64,000 bases of DNA from the human T2T-CHM13v2.0 reference genome, Homo sapiens (GCF_009914755.1 NC_060928.1); one strand, 5' to 3'. Shown: positions 1-16,249, numbered from the stretch's first letter. The notes: generated by a model from the sequence alone, not told the origin. A program made the numbers and translations.

Positions 1-769
1 ATCACATCTTTGCCTTAAAGAAACAAAACTCCAAGAGGTTAAAAGAGCGTATCCCCTTTTGTTAGTTTTATTGGCTGGAGGGGAGACAGGAGCTGGCATT
101 GTATGACAATGTCTTAGATAGGAGAGAACATTCAGGTATGCCTAGGAGTAAGTAAATGGCTTTCTTTCACCTAATGAAGGATAATGGAAGAAGTGGAGAA
201 GTGGAGAGTTGTTAAGGTGTATGGGAAGATCAGAAACTGGTATCGGCAATTGTGGGGTACTCGGGTAAAAATGGAGTTGGCTTCAGCAAGTTGATTCCCA
301 GGTTTACAGATGATTACGTGCTGGTATGTGTCTTCATATGGGCGTGCCTGTGTATGAACCTACTACAAAGGTTGCAAAGTTTACAAATCAAACTCTGGAT
401 AGTGGTTAACTCCAGGTAGTCTGCCTCCAGACCCCATGTCCTAACCATCAGGCAATATTGTCTCTCACTTGGACAAAGAATGTGAATTCCATGTGCCCTC
501 ACAAAATATTTCCAAAATTCTAAGGCTGAGTGAGTCTCTTTTTAATTTTTTTTCATTTTTTTTATTTCTGCTAGATCTCATTCAACAGCAACGTTTTCTT
601 CACTCTCATTTCATCCTTTAACTGCATTTTTGCTTGTTTTACTGAAGCATGTCCTAGAATAACCTTTTCATACAGATCGTATGGCTATAAACTTACTGAA
701 TTTTTGCATATCTCAAAATACTTATACCTTTTTATTTAGTTATTCAGATGGATGTGAAATTTCCCTATC

Positions 770-1412
<643 letters not shown>

Positions 1413-2489
1413 ATATGAAATTTTAAATTCAAAATAATTTTCTCTAAATGTTTGGAAAGCTTATCTCTATTGTTTTCCAGTGGTTCATGTTACTGATGAA
1501 AAGTTTTTTATTAATCAAGATCTCTTTTCTTTGGAAATGAAGGTTTTAGGATTTTTGTGTGCATGGTTGCAATTCTGAAATTTCATAGGAGTCTCTCCAA
1601 GTTTGTTCCTCTTTCACTCCTCCTGCCTAGCATTTGGTGAGTTTTGCCCACTGATGAAATGTCTTCAGATGGGGCAAGTCCTTAAGTCATTCAGGGATAT
1701 GCTTTGTAATGGATTAGTCCTTCTCAGCAATTCTGACCTATAGCAGGAGCCCTACCAGAGGGGTACATCTCACCTAAGCAAGGAGAATGTATTGTAGGGA
1801 CCTTACCTATGAGTTGGTAAATAGAGATAGGAAGTTCTGAAGGAACTGGAAGAGAGGTTTGGGACACTCTCAGAGAGGGGGCAGGTGGGGAGCTGGTCCC
1901 CAGCATTTGAGAGGTATCATTGCCAGCCCTGCATCCTTCACGTGCCTGGGCAAGTCAGCAAATGCATCCTTGCTGGCCTAGCTGTGGCATTCCTCATGGC
2001 CTGTGGATATAAAGAATGTGCACAGCTTTACAATGATTAGTGCCAGAGTTGTAAAGGCCATGAGATGGGAATATTAGTTTATGGAAGCCAGTTTTTTTTG
2101 TTGTTTTTTCTGTTTCTGAGAACTAAATTAGAATATTAGTAAAATCACTATTTTTAAGTATATTAGAACAATTCTATATACTCACATTAGTTCTGTTTTC
2201 CTAGGATTAGTCACCTAAGGTGATTTTATTACCTGACACTTACCTGGAATAATTTTCATGTCATGACTTTTAGATCTTGTGGAATATCTATTTAGATATC
2301 ATTACCACTACTTCATCTCCATACCTTGTGGGTGTATTTGATTTTTTAAAATATCTGAAATTTGGTTGTTGATCACACCACAGAGTATCACACTGGGTAC
2401 ACATCCCACCAAAATAAAGTGTGACAATGTATGGAGTTGAGTGGCTTTCCTGAGCTGACTAAATGCCCATGGAAAGCTATTGTATGAGT

Positions 2490-3220
2490 GCATTCTCACA
2501 TTGCTCTACAGAAATACCTGAGACTGGTCATTTATAAAGAAAGAGGTTCAATTGGCTGATGGTTCTGCAAGTGGTGCAGGCAGCATAGCAGCCTCTGCTT
2601 CTGGAGGAGCCTCAAGGAGCTTTCACCCACCACAGAAGGCAAAGCCAGAGCTGGCACCTTCACATAGCCGGAGCAGGAAGAAGAGAGAAGGGGAAGGTGC
2701 CACACACTTTTATTTTTTTATTATTTATTTTGGGGGGAGTGGGGGCGAAGTCTCACTTTGTCACCCAGGCTGGAGTGCATGTGGTGGGATCTCGGCTCAC
2801 TGCAGCCTCCGCTTCCCTAGTTCAAGCGATTCTCCTGCCTCGGCCTTCCCAGTAGCTGGGATTACAGGCACCCACCACCACACCCAGCTAATTTTTGTAT
2901 TTAGTAGAGACACGGTTACACCATGTTGGCCAGGCTGGTCTCAAACTCCTGACCTCAGGTGATCTGCCCACCTTGGCCTCCCAAGTGCTGGGGTTACAGG
3001 CGTGAGCCACTGCGCCCAACCACCACACACTTTTAAACGACCGAATCTCATAAGAATTCACTCACTCACTATCGGGAGAACAGCACCGAGGGGGTGGTGC
3101 TGAACCATCTGTGAGAACTCTGCCCCATGAGCCAGTCACCTCCCACCAGCCCCCACCTCCAACACTGGGAATTACAATTCAACGTGCGGTGTGGGTGGAG
3201 ACGCAGAGGCAAACCATATC
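2490..3220. mobile_element. MST-type MaLR solo LTR interrupted by an Alu
   Basis: aaatacctgagactgg...ttataaagaaagagg and terminal ...caaaccatatc resemble MST/THE1 consensus. Left boundary approximate. Confidence 0.8.
2712..3022 (-). repeat. AluS
   Basis: Alu body with TSD CCACACACTTTT at 2700-2711 and 3023-3034. Confidence 0.95.
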
Positions 3221-3419
3221 GGCTATGTATTCAACATATATTTATTTCTTCAGAGCCAACAAAGTGCCAGGTCTTGTTCTAGGCACAGACAACACCGTAT
3301 GGAATAAGAACTATGTCCTCTACTATTATAGCTTCACATTCTAGTGAGAAGCAATAATTAATAATAAATAATACACAATATTGGATAATTTCCATCAACC
3401 ATAGCAACGGAAAAGGCAA

Positions 3420-4600
<1,181 letters not shown>

Positions 4601-4604
4601 AACA

Positions 4605-5720
4605 CAGTCATGTGGCACTTAATCATGGGGATATGTTCTGAGAAATGCATCGTGAGGGGACTTCATCCTTGTGGGAACGTCACAGGGAGTGCTTACACAG
4701 AACTAGGTAGTACAGCCTGTGGCGCCCAGCCTGCAAAACCAGACAGCCGGCGTGTGACTGCACTGAATACTGGAGGCAATTGTAACACAATGGGAAGTAC
4801 TTGTGTATCTAAACATAGAAAAGGTAAGTGAAAATGTGGTACAAAAGGTTACAAATGGCACTTCCATAGGGCACTTACCACGAGTGGAGCTTGCAGTACT
4901 GGGAGTGGCTCTGGGTGAGTCTGTGAGTGAGAAGGGAAGTGGATGTGGAGGCCTCGGACATGACTGTGCACCACTGCAGACTTTATGAACACTGCACACT
5001 TAGGTTATACTAAACCTATTTAAAAATTTTACTTTCTTCAGTAATAATTAACTTATTATAACTGTTTTACTTTATAAGAGTTTTAATTTTTCAAAACTTT
5101 TTGACTCGTGTAATAATGCTTGGTTTAAAACAAGCACATTGTACACCTATACAAAAATATTTTCTTTGTATTCTTATTTTATAAGCTTTTTTCTATTTTT
5201 AATTTTCTTCTTTTTTTTTAACTTTTTAAACGTTTTTGTTAAAAACGAAGACACAAACACACACATTAGCCTAGGCCTGCTCAGAGTCAGGATCATTAAT
5301 GTCACTGCCTTCCACCACGTCGTGTCCCACTGGAAGCTCTTTAGGGGCCACAACACGCACGGACCTGTCATCTCTTATGACAACAGTGCCTTCTTCTGGA
5401 ATCCCTCTTGAAGGACCTGCCTGAGGCTGTTTTACAGTTAACTTAAAAAAAAATTAGTAGAAGGAGTACACTCTAAAATTATGATAAAAAGAATAGTATA
5501 GTAAATACATAAATCAGTAACATTCATTTATTATCATTATCAACTATTAGGTACTGTAAATAATTATGTGTGCTATATTTTATATAACTAGTAGTGCAGT
5601 AGGTTTGTTTACACCAGCATCACTACAAACATGTGAGGAATGCATTGCACCATGATATTATGACGGCTAGATTAGTAGGTGATAAGAATTTTTCAGTTCC
5701 ATTATGATCTGCAGTGACTA
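4605..5720. mobile_element. Tigger3/MER7-type Tc-mariner DNA transposon relic
   Basis: Starts CAGTCATG...GGGGATATGTTCTGAGAAATGCATCGT like the Tigger3 terminus. The other end (gaatttttcagttccattatgatct) is truncated. Confidence 0.85.
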
Positions 5721-5751
5721 TTTATTTATATGATTGTAAAATTGTGATTGA

Positions 5752-6071
<320 letters not shown>

Positions 6072-6285
6072 TTAAAATTGTAAATAATATTTACTGACTT
6101 TAGATTTGCTGAATTAATGTAGGCCAAGGACCTCATATGTAATCATAGTTTCAGGGTAAAATGCTAACATTTCACATCTTGACAATGTCAAGCAATGTTA
6201 TAGCTGACAGTTTTAGGAAATGTAAGAAAGGAAGAAATGTGAAGAAAAATGTATTTATTTATTTAAAATAAAATAAAAATTAACT

Positions 6286-6609
<324 letters not shown>

Positions 6610-7031
6610 TTAACTAAAGAAAAGTTGTGAATAGAATGAGAGAAAAATATAATTAAATTCCTTATCTTTATAGTGAAATGAGTAAATGAAGAAATAGAAG
6701 ATCAAGAATATTAAGTTTATGGAGGTAATCATGAGAATTACAGATAGAACCTATCAAAAGAGAGACATTGCAGCTGCAACTGGCATTAAGGTGAAGGATA
6801 GGAAGGAAGTTTGGATGTTTTATTTTTTACCTTTCTGTACTGTTTGACATTTTTCCGTTTGATGTATGACTTGTATAATATGTACTTGTATGGCATAAAA
6901 GTATGAGTAATAACATCATACATGGTCATATTTTGGTGATATATTTTACAAGGAATATACCAATGCATTTGAAAGCCATCTGCTATTAATGTTGCTCATA
7001 CTTTTTAATGTTTCTTTTCTACAGCAGAATC

Positions 7032-7472
7032 ATGAGACAGACTTTGCCTTGTATCTACTTTTGGGGGGGCCTTTTGCCCTTTGGGATGCTGTGTGCATCC
7101 TCCACCACCAAGTGCACTGTTAGCCATGAAGTTGCTGACTGCAGCCACCTGAAGTTGACTCAGGTACCCGATGATCTACCCACAAACATAACAGTGTTGA
7201 ACCTTACCCATAATCAACTCAGAAGATTACCAGCCGCCAACTTCACAAGGTATAGCCAGCTAACTAGCTTGGATGTAGGATTTAACACCATCTCAAAACT
7301 GGAGCCAGAATTGTGCCAGAAACTTCCCATGTTAAAAGTTTTGAACCTCCAGCACAATGAGCTATCTCAACTTTCTGATAAAACCTTTGCCTTCTGCACG
7401 AATTTGACTGAACTCCATCTCATGTCCAACTCAATCCAGAAAATTAAAAATAATCCCTTTGTCAAGCAGAAG
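7032..7472 (+). CDS. TLR3: Toll-like receptor 3, first coding exon (aa 1-147: signal peptide, LRR-NT, first LRRs)
   Basis: Translates MRQTLPCIYFWGGLLPFGMLCASSTTKCTVSHEVADCSHLKL... Acceptor ttttctacag ends at 7024, ATG at 7032, donor AAG|gtaagt after 7472. 441 nt, phase 0. Confidence 0.99.
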
Positions 7473-9250
7473 GTAAGTTGAAAATGTCTATTGTTACTAA
7501 TGTTTTTAAGTCAGTTACCCATCCTTAGACTTACTATCTAAATATCAAGGAAATAAAGAGGAAGAAATTTGATCTAATCCAATTTGCCACAAATATTGCC
7601 ATTATAATAGAAAATGCTTCCAAAAGAGAAAATATACTCTTAAATCAGTTTCATCCTTAATTTTCAATGTTTGCCTCTCTCGCTTTCTCCCATTAGAAAT
7701 AGAACTTAGACGCAAGAGATAGAAGTAATGAACAGAGAAGAATCAGAATATCCCCTAAGAACATGGAAACTAAACTTTCAATGCTGCTGATTTAGCATGT
7801 GAAGTCGTGACAAAAGTCTTGAGTCCAAATTCTGACTTAAATAAAATTAACAAATTGATACAATGATCAAGTGAATTGTTCAACTAAAAATTACCTACTC
7901 CTGGTTTCAGAAATCTCCTCAGTGGCTATTTCAATGACTTTTTCAATAGTGGTGTCACTTTTTCAATGATTCCTTTTTCTTTTCAAAACTTTACTCGAAT
8001 TTTAGTTTTTTTTCTTTTCTTTTTAGTTGATGTTTAATAATTGCACATATTTATGAGATAGAGAATGATTTTTCAGTATGTGTATATAATGTGTAATGAT
8101 TAAATCAGGGTAATTATCATATCCATCATCTCAAATGTTTCTCATTTGTGTTGTGAACATTCAAAATACGCTCTTCTAGCTTTTAAAAAATACACAATAA
8201 ATCGTAGTTAACCATATTCACCCTACAATGCTTTAGAGCACCAGAAAAAAAAAACGCATGTTATTGTTTCTAAATCTGAGGCAATTATTAAGTGCTTTTC
8301 TTTAACCAAAGCGATTTTCAAGTTACTTCATTTTATGGCCTTATGAAAAATTGAACATTGCTCTTCCTCAGATGCCAAGAATAATGTACAAATGTAAATA
8401 TGCTGTGAAACATAAAGTGATTTGCTCCCTAGCTATTTTAAATCTTTTCTTGGGTCTTCTTAGAGTCTAATGTGGATGAAATATCTTTGAATACAAAGGC
8501 CTCAAAATCTGGCTAGAGAAATCATTGCAAAATGTTATTTTTGTAAAGACTTAAATTAAAAAACCTGCTTCTCGTTAACAGCGATTACATTAGACTTTGC
8601 CTTAACTGGTATCGCTTTCCCTTACCTTTTGCCTGAATTTGAAGCATACATATTCAAAAATAGCAAAAGGTGATAAAAACATCCCGCAGTACTGATAAAG
8701 CAAACAAAACTTAATATTCTGTACTAGTCATGACTCAAAATTTATATAATATGACCCTTTCTCAGTATAAAAATCTATTTAAAATTTCATAGATGGCAAA
8801 ATTCTCATGCTTTTTAAGAAAACATTCTGTTCTTTTTTCTGATACTTATTTTCAAGGTTAAAGCATGACACTGTGTGTTTGATAAGCCATGTGAAAATTT
8901 CTTGCATCATAAGTAAAAGGTTATGATAAATGAGTTCATAAATTAGCAATGTTCCTTATATCATAAATAAGCTTAAGTCTTTTTTATTTTGGTAAGAGAA
9001 ATAAAATGATTCTTGAAGTAAGAAATAAAATCCTTCCTACAATGGTTGCAAGGGTGACCATCACAAAGATTATAACGTAACAAAGATTAATCAGATCAAA
9101 GATTTTTTATTATGCTTACTGTTAGTATTCTACAGAATAATAGAGAGGTGTTGATTTTGCTGTTGAAGTATTTTTCAGATGTACTTACATTTAAAAGAAC
9201 TGTTTTTGACAGCAAGACTCTAACATATGCATATTATTTTTTCCCTTCAG

Positions 9251-9442
9251 AATTTAATCACATTAGATCTGTCTCATAATGGCTTGTCATCTACAAAATT
9301 AGGAACTCAGGTTCAGCTGGAAAATCTCCAAGAGCTTCTATTATCAAACAATAAAATTCAAGCGCTAAAAAGTGAAGAACTGGATATCTTTGCCAATTCA
9401 TCTTTAAAAAAATTAGAGTTGTCATCGAATCAAATTAAAGAG
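9251..9442 (+). CDS. TLR3: TLR3 second coding exon (aa 148-211, LRRs)
   Basis: Acceptor ttcccttcag|, NLITLDLSHNGL...SSNQIKE, donor GAG|gtaaga. 192 nt, phase 0/0. Confidence 0.99.
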
Positions 9443-10097
9443 GTAAGAAGTAAGGTAAAATTATTTTGCATTCTGCCTTTAAGGTGGATAGTCCCTATCT
9501 GTGTCACATACACAGGAATGTAATGCTCTCTAGCCTCTGCCTGTCTTCCAGCAATCCTTCCCACCTACTGCTTGGGGGCATTGGTGTCATCCTCCTGAGA
9601 GCTCAGGCAGCCCCAGGAGAGGTCGGGAGACGGGACTCTGCCGCCCTGCAGCACTGGGTGGAACCCCTGTGCCGTGACCTTGCGAACATCCTTAACATCT
9701 CTGAGTCTGTGTCCTCACTTATAAAGTGGAAATAGTGCTCTCTCACACAAACTCTCTGACAGAGTTATTAATTAAAGAGTACGATGGTCAAGAGCCCCAG
9801 GTTCACAGTCGGGTTAGCTGGCTTGGTCTCTGGGCTTTGTCTTTTAACAATCATGTTATCAGGCAAGTTATTCAAGTTCTCCCTCTCTAGCCTCCCAGCT
9901 TTCAAATGGGCGTGATAATGACTCTGCTTCATAGGACTGTGTGGTAAAGAATTTAGGACCGTGTCTGGCGTAGGCAGTGCTCAGGAAATGATCAGCAGCA
10001 GTATGTGGTTATAAAAACCTTCCTATAATGAAGTCAGCTTAAATAACTGACAGGACTGTCTCTTTTTGGAATCATGATCTTCAAGCTAATCATTTTC

Positions 10098-10515
10098 TGT
10101 CACGGGAGAGCAACAACTATCTGGACCGGTGGCACAGGGGTAAAAGAATTTACCAAGACAGTTGCAGGTGGAGAAAGGCACATTTATTCGTGAAAGTAGG
10201 AAACTACATTGCGAGAAGGCAACGGGCATATCAGCAAGAGAAGCTGACTGCAAAGAAACAAAGGCTTGCTGGGGATTTTACAGGGTCTTGTTTATGCTGT
10301 GTGCTGAAGAGGGCTTTGAGCTGCACTGACAGCGCCCAGGTTGCAGTGGGCTAACTCGCAGGGGCCTGGTGATAGCTGGGCACAGGAAGATTGTCAGTTA
10401 TTTGCACAGGAGGGCTACGTGTCCTGGATCATGAAGACAGACTAATAATTTACCTGCTCTTTTGCTTTCTCTCGGTCCCGCCAACTGACTACTTTTCCCT
10501 AAATAGGACTCTGCA
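10098..10515 (-). mobile_element. ERVL-class solo LTR (LTR47-like) in TLR3 intron, antisense
   Basis: TG...CA termini, 5-bp TSD TTTTC (10093-10097, 10516-10520), minus-strand AATAAA at 10183-10188. Confidence 0.8.
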
Positions 10516-10953
10516 TTTTCACATACAGGTTTGTCTGTATTTTACACTCATTTTGTTCCAGGCTATAAGACTACTGGAAATCCTTAATTACAACTCTATT
10601 TTTTTTTTCAGACATAAAAATAAATGGCGTACAAATTTATCCTAAGATATTAAGATGTTTTGTGCAAGCTCTTCATTTTATTTTTTAAACTGCATTTTTC
10701 TATGATTAAGACATTTATTGTAGTAATCTTATTAAATATATGAATAAATGAGAAAATAATAATAAGGGGTGATTTTAAAAAATCACTCAAATGTCCATAG
10801 TCAGAAACAACCACTGTTAGCATTTGGGTATATTTATCCCTGGCTTTTCTCCAAATAATTATAAGGAAAAACGATAGCTTAAATTCTTACTGTACTGAAA
10901 TTCACACTGTTAAGGCACTTAACTGTGTGTCAAGTGCTGTGATAAATTTTTAA

Positions 10954-11309
<356 letters not shown>

Positions 11310-11558
11310 TGATTTGTAATGTGTCACTTGGGGGACAGTAGGGCTAATGCAAAAAAAGAGAGAAGTATAGAAGAAAGGGTGCTTTATCATAAACAAATGA
11401 GTTAAAATGCAAAGCAGAAAATTATGAAATTAAGTATGATAAATCTGCATGATAGCATTATTTTACAGGCATTAAAATTAAGCTTTGGAATGCTTCTTAA
11501 TTGTATGGGAGATGTTCATAATATGATATTAAATCTAAAGAGCAGGAGACATCAATCT

Positions 11559-11697
11559 TAGCTACTCAGGAGGCTGAGGCAAGAGAATCGCTTGAACCCA
11601 GGAGGCAAGGGTTGCAGGGAGCTGAGATCGCACCACTGCACTCCACCCTGGGGGACAGAGCGAAACTCTGTCTCAAAAAAAAAAAAAGAAAAAGAAA
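11559..11697 (+). repeat. Alu right-arm fragment
   Basis: tagctactcaggaggctgaggc...tctcaaaa. Confidence 0.9.
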
Positions 11698-12348
11698 TCA
11701 GAGCCCTTTACTCCTCTGGCGGTTTCGACTGCCTGCCGGAACTGGCCTCCATTCTCTCTGGATTCCTCCTCTCCCACCTGCTGTTCTCTTGTCCCCGAAG
11801 TGAGTCCCAGAACAGCCAAGGCTCTGGTAAGGGTGTAGGACGGAGCAGAAGGGAGCTGGAAAAACACGATAGTAAAAGAAAGTCAGGAGAAAATCCGGGT
11901 GGAAAGACGAGAGGGAGAGCTAGAGCTCAGAGTTCCAGAAAGGAAAGTGTGCCGTCACCGCCTCATCATAAAAGCCATCCACAACTTCCTTCCATGAGGC
12001 TCACTGAGAACAGCGGCACCAAGACACAACCAGGAACTGCCCCAGGAGTGACTTCACGAGCAGTTTATTCATTGCAATTGTTCTCATGGTGATAAAGAAA
12101 AAGTACCAGGAGATGGATCCTGGACTGGAAGGTCAGAGAAGCCTCCCTGAAAAGGTGGCATCTAAGCTGAGGCTGTGAATGCTGAGCAGAAGTTAGCCCG
12201 TGGCCAGGGGAGGTCAGAGGCTGGAGTAAGAGGTGGGCGCTGCAGGAACCGAGTAAGGAAGGACTCGTGCATTAGAGGAAGGGGGAGAAATGCTCTGCCC
12301 ATGGGATGTGGTGAAGGGTGAGCGGAGATGGAGTAAAGAACTGCATCT

Positions 12349-12627
12349 GGCCGGGTGCAGCGGCTCAGGCCTATAATCCCAGCACTTTGGGAGGCTGAGG
12401 CGGGCGGATCATGAGGTCAGGAGTTCGAGACCAGCCTGGCCTACACGGTGAAACCCCGACTCTACTAAAAATACAAAACTTAGCTGGACGTGGTGGCGCA
12501 TGCCTGTAATCCCAGCTACTCGGGAGGCTGAGGCAGGAGAATTGCTTGAACTGAGGAGGTGGAGTTTGCAGTGAGCTGAGATTGCACTGCTGTACTCCAG
12601 CCTGGGCGACAGAGCGAGACTCCGTCT

Positions 12628-12661
<34 letters not shown>
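12349..12661 (+). repeat. AluS with a pure A-tail of about 33 nt, just upstream of TLR3 exon 4
   Basis: Full dimer. The A-run ends 68 nt before the exon. Confidence 0.96.
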
Positions 12662-12664
<3 letters not shown>

Positions 12665-12729
12665 TTTCAACAGCATTACAGAGTCTGTGTTCTTTTGATT
12701 GTTAACCTCTTTTTTTTTCCTACCTTTAG

Positions 12730-14582
12730 TTTTCTCCAGGGTGTTTTCACGCAATTGGAAGATTATTTGGCCTCTTTCTGAACAATGTCCAGCTGGGTCC
12801 CAGCCTTACAGAGAAGCTATGTTTGGAATTAGCAAACACAAGCATTCGGAATCTGTCTCTGAGTAACAGCCAGCTGTCCACCACCAGCAATACAACTTTC
12901 TTGGGACTAAAGTGGACAAATCTCACTATGCTCGATCTTTCCTACAACAACTTAAATGTGGTTGGTAACGATTCCTTTGCTTGGCTTCCACAACTAGAAT
13001 ATTTCTTCCTAGAGTATAATAATATACAGCATTTGTTTTCTCACTCTTTGCACGGGCTTTTCAATGTGAGGTACCTGAATTTGAAACGGTCTTTTACTAA
13101 ACAAAGTATTTCCCTTGCCTCACTCCCCAAGATTGATGATTTTTCTTTTCAGTGGCTAAAATGTTTGGAGCACCTTAACATGGAAGATAATGATATTCCA
13201 GGCATAAAAAGCAATATGTTCACAGGATTGATAAACCTGAAATACTTAAGTCTATCCAACTCCTTTACAAGTTTGCGAACTTTGACAAATGAAACATTTG
13301 TATCACTTGCTCATTCTCCCTTACACATACTCAACCTAACCAAGAATAAAATCTCAAAAATAGAGAGTGATGCTTTCTCTTGGTTGGGCCACCTAGAAGT
13401 ACTTGACCTGGGCCTTAATGAAATTGGGCAAGAACTCACAGGCCAGGAATGGAGAGGTCTAGAAAATATTTTCGAAATCTATCTTTCCTACAACAAGTAC
13501 CTGCAGCTGACTAGGAACTCCTTTGCCTTGGTCCCAAGCCTTCAACGACTGATGCTCCGAAGGGTGGCCCTTAAAAATGTGGATAGCTCTCCTTCACCAT
13601 TCCAGCCTCTTCGTAACTTGACCATTCTGGATCTAAGCAACAACAACATAGCCAACATAAATGATGACATGTTGGAGGGTCTTGAGAAACTAGAAATTCT
13701 CGATTTGCAGCATAACAACTTAGCACGGCTCTGGAAACACGCAAACCCTGGTGGTCCCATTTATTTCCTAAAGGGTCTGTCTCACCTCCACATCCTTAAC
13801 TTGGAGTCCAACGGCTTTGACGAGATCCCAGTTGAGGTCTTCAAGGATTTATTTGAACTAAAGATCATCGATTTAGGATTGAATAATTTAAACACACTTC
13901 CAGCATCTGTCTTTAATAATCAGGTGTCTCTAAAGTCATTGAACCTTCAGAAGAATCTCATAACATCCGTTGAGAAGAAGGTTTTCGGGCCAGCTTTCAG
14001 GAACCTGACTGAGTTAGATATGCGCTTTAATCCCTTTGATTGCACGTGTGAAAGTATTGCCTGGTTTGTTAATTGGATTAACGAGACCCATACCAACATC
14101 CCTGAGCTGTCAAGCCACTACCTTTGCAACACTCCACCTCACTATCATGGGTTCCCAGTGAGACTTTTTGATACATCATCTTGCAAAGACAGTGCCCCCT
14201 TTGAACTCTTTTTCATGATCAATACCAGTATCCTGTTGATTTTTATCTTTATTGTACTTCTCATCCACTTTGAGGGCTGGAGGATATCTTTTTATTGGAA
14301 TGTTTCAGTACATCGAGTTCTTGGTTTCAAAGAAATAGACAGACAGACAGAACAGTTTGAATATGCAGCATATATAATTCATGCCTATAAAGATAAGGAT
14401 TGGGTCTGGGAACATTTCTCTTCAATGGAAAAGGAAGACCAATCTCTCAAATTTTGTCTGGAAGAAAGGGACTTTGAGGCGGGTGTTTTTGAACTAGAAG
14501 CAATTGTTAACAGCATCAAAAGAAGCAGAAAAATTATTTTTGTTATAACACACCATCTATTAAAAGACCCATTATGCAAAAG
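12730..14582 (+). CDS. TLR3: TLR3 large coding exon (remaining LRRs, LRR-CT, transmembrane helix, N-terminal part of TIR)
   Basis: Acceptor cctttag|TTTTCTCCAGGG (FSPG), in frame with ORF 12823-14586. Contains H539/N541 (LQHNNL, 13711), [34 protein letters not shown]759 (14371) and BB-loop A795 (14479). Donor AG|gtaggt. 1853 nt. Codon 412 is CTC (Leu) at 13330. Confidence 0.99.
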
Positions 14583-14607
14583 GTAGGTAAACATTGTGAA
14601 ATTTTAA

Positions 14608-14886
<279 letters not shown>

Positions 14887-15054
14887 TAAATATTACCAAT
14901 ATTACTCACAACTCAAAGAATTTTTAAAATAAAATTAAGAAAAAAAAAACCTGAGTTTCAGTAACAGTTTAAACTCTACAGAGTATTTTTAAATAGTATT
15001 GCTTCTGGCTGTTAAAAACCGTATATTAATTCTTCAATACATTTTTTTACTTAG

Positions 15055-15283
15055 ATTCAAGGTACATCATGCAGTTCAACAAGCTATTGAACAAAATCTG
15101 GATTCCATTATATTGGTTTTCCTTGAGGAGATTCCAGATTATAAACTGAACCATGCACTCTGTTTGCGAAGAGGAATGTTTAAATCTCACTGCATCTTGA
15201 ACTGGCCAGTTCAGAAAGAACGGATAGGTGCCTTTCGTCATAAATTGCAAGTAGCACTTGGATCCAAAAACTCTGTACATTAA
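15055..15283 (+). CDS. TLR3: TLR3 last coding exon (TIR C-terminus)
   Basis: Acceptor tttttacttag|A, FKVHHAVQQAIEQNLDSIILVFLEEIPDYKL...KNSVH, TAA at 15281-15283. Exon sum 441+192+1853+229 = 2715 nt. Confidence 0.99.
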
Positions 15284-15486
15284 ATTTATTTAAATATTCA
15301 ATTAGCAAAGGAGAAACTTTCTCAATTTAAAAAGTTCTATGGCAAATTTAAGTTTTCCATAAAGGTGTTATAATTTGTTTATTCATATTTGTAAATGATT
15401 ATATTCTATCACAATTACATCTCTTCTAGGAAAATGTGTCTCCTTATTTCAGGCCTATTTTTGACAATTGACTTAATTTTACCCAA

Positions 15487-15492
15487 AATAAA
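15487..15492 (+). terminator. TLR3: TLR3 proximal polyadenylation signal AATAAA
   Basis: First AATAAA seen downstream of the stop codon, about 200 nt after it. Confidence 0.8.
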
Positions 15493-16249
15493 ACATATAA
15501 GCACGTAAGAACATTGTCTACTGATTAATATACAATCAGCCACTGAGCCTATGACAGCTTAAGGAGTTTGAAAACATTCCTCATTTTAAGAAAAGTTAGA
15601 GGTATATGAGGGTTTGTGATGATCTTTTTGTATTTTGGATGCACTTAGAATGAAAGATAATTGTTTCAATGGGTATAATGCTATTTCCTTTGTAAAAGAG
15701 TAAAATATATACCCATATTTTTAACAAGTTTAATTACAGTATTTTTTCAATGGAAAAACTTTGTATTTTAGTAAGTACTTGTCTCAGCGTTGACTTTGTT
15801 AAATGTTAAATATTTTTTAATATACATACCCAAGGGCAGAAAACATTTGCAATTCATTTTTATTAGTTAATGAGATGATTATTTGAATGAATATTGACTT
15901 GTATTTTCCTGAGATTATGAGTTTCTGCTGTGGGAGGGTGGAAACAATTCTCTTACTAAAAGTATTGTAGGCAGGCTTGCTTTCTGAAGGCTAATCACTA
16001 TTTGGCTTTGTGGAAACAGAACTTTCCTCCCATGGTCACAGACTCAGGAGATGGCGTTGGCGAAATCACTTGGTCCCACTGGGATTCTTTGACTCCTGAT
16101 CTTGAAAATTATGATAATAAATGCATCTTAGATATTCCTATGTAATTAGTGATGATGATCGCTGTATAATATATTCAAAGGAATGTATTATTTTACCATA
16201 AAATAATGTGCTACGCATAAGGTAGTCCTTATCTAGAAAGACTATTTTT

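Noticed and set aside
7008-7031. Upstream ATG extending the TLR3 N-terminus (MFLFYSRI)
   Set aside because: The ATG lies in the intron, upstream of the acceptor at 7024.
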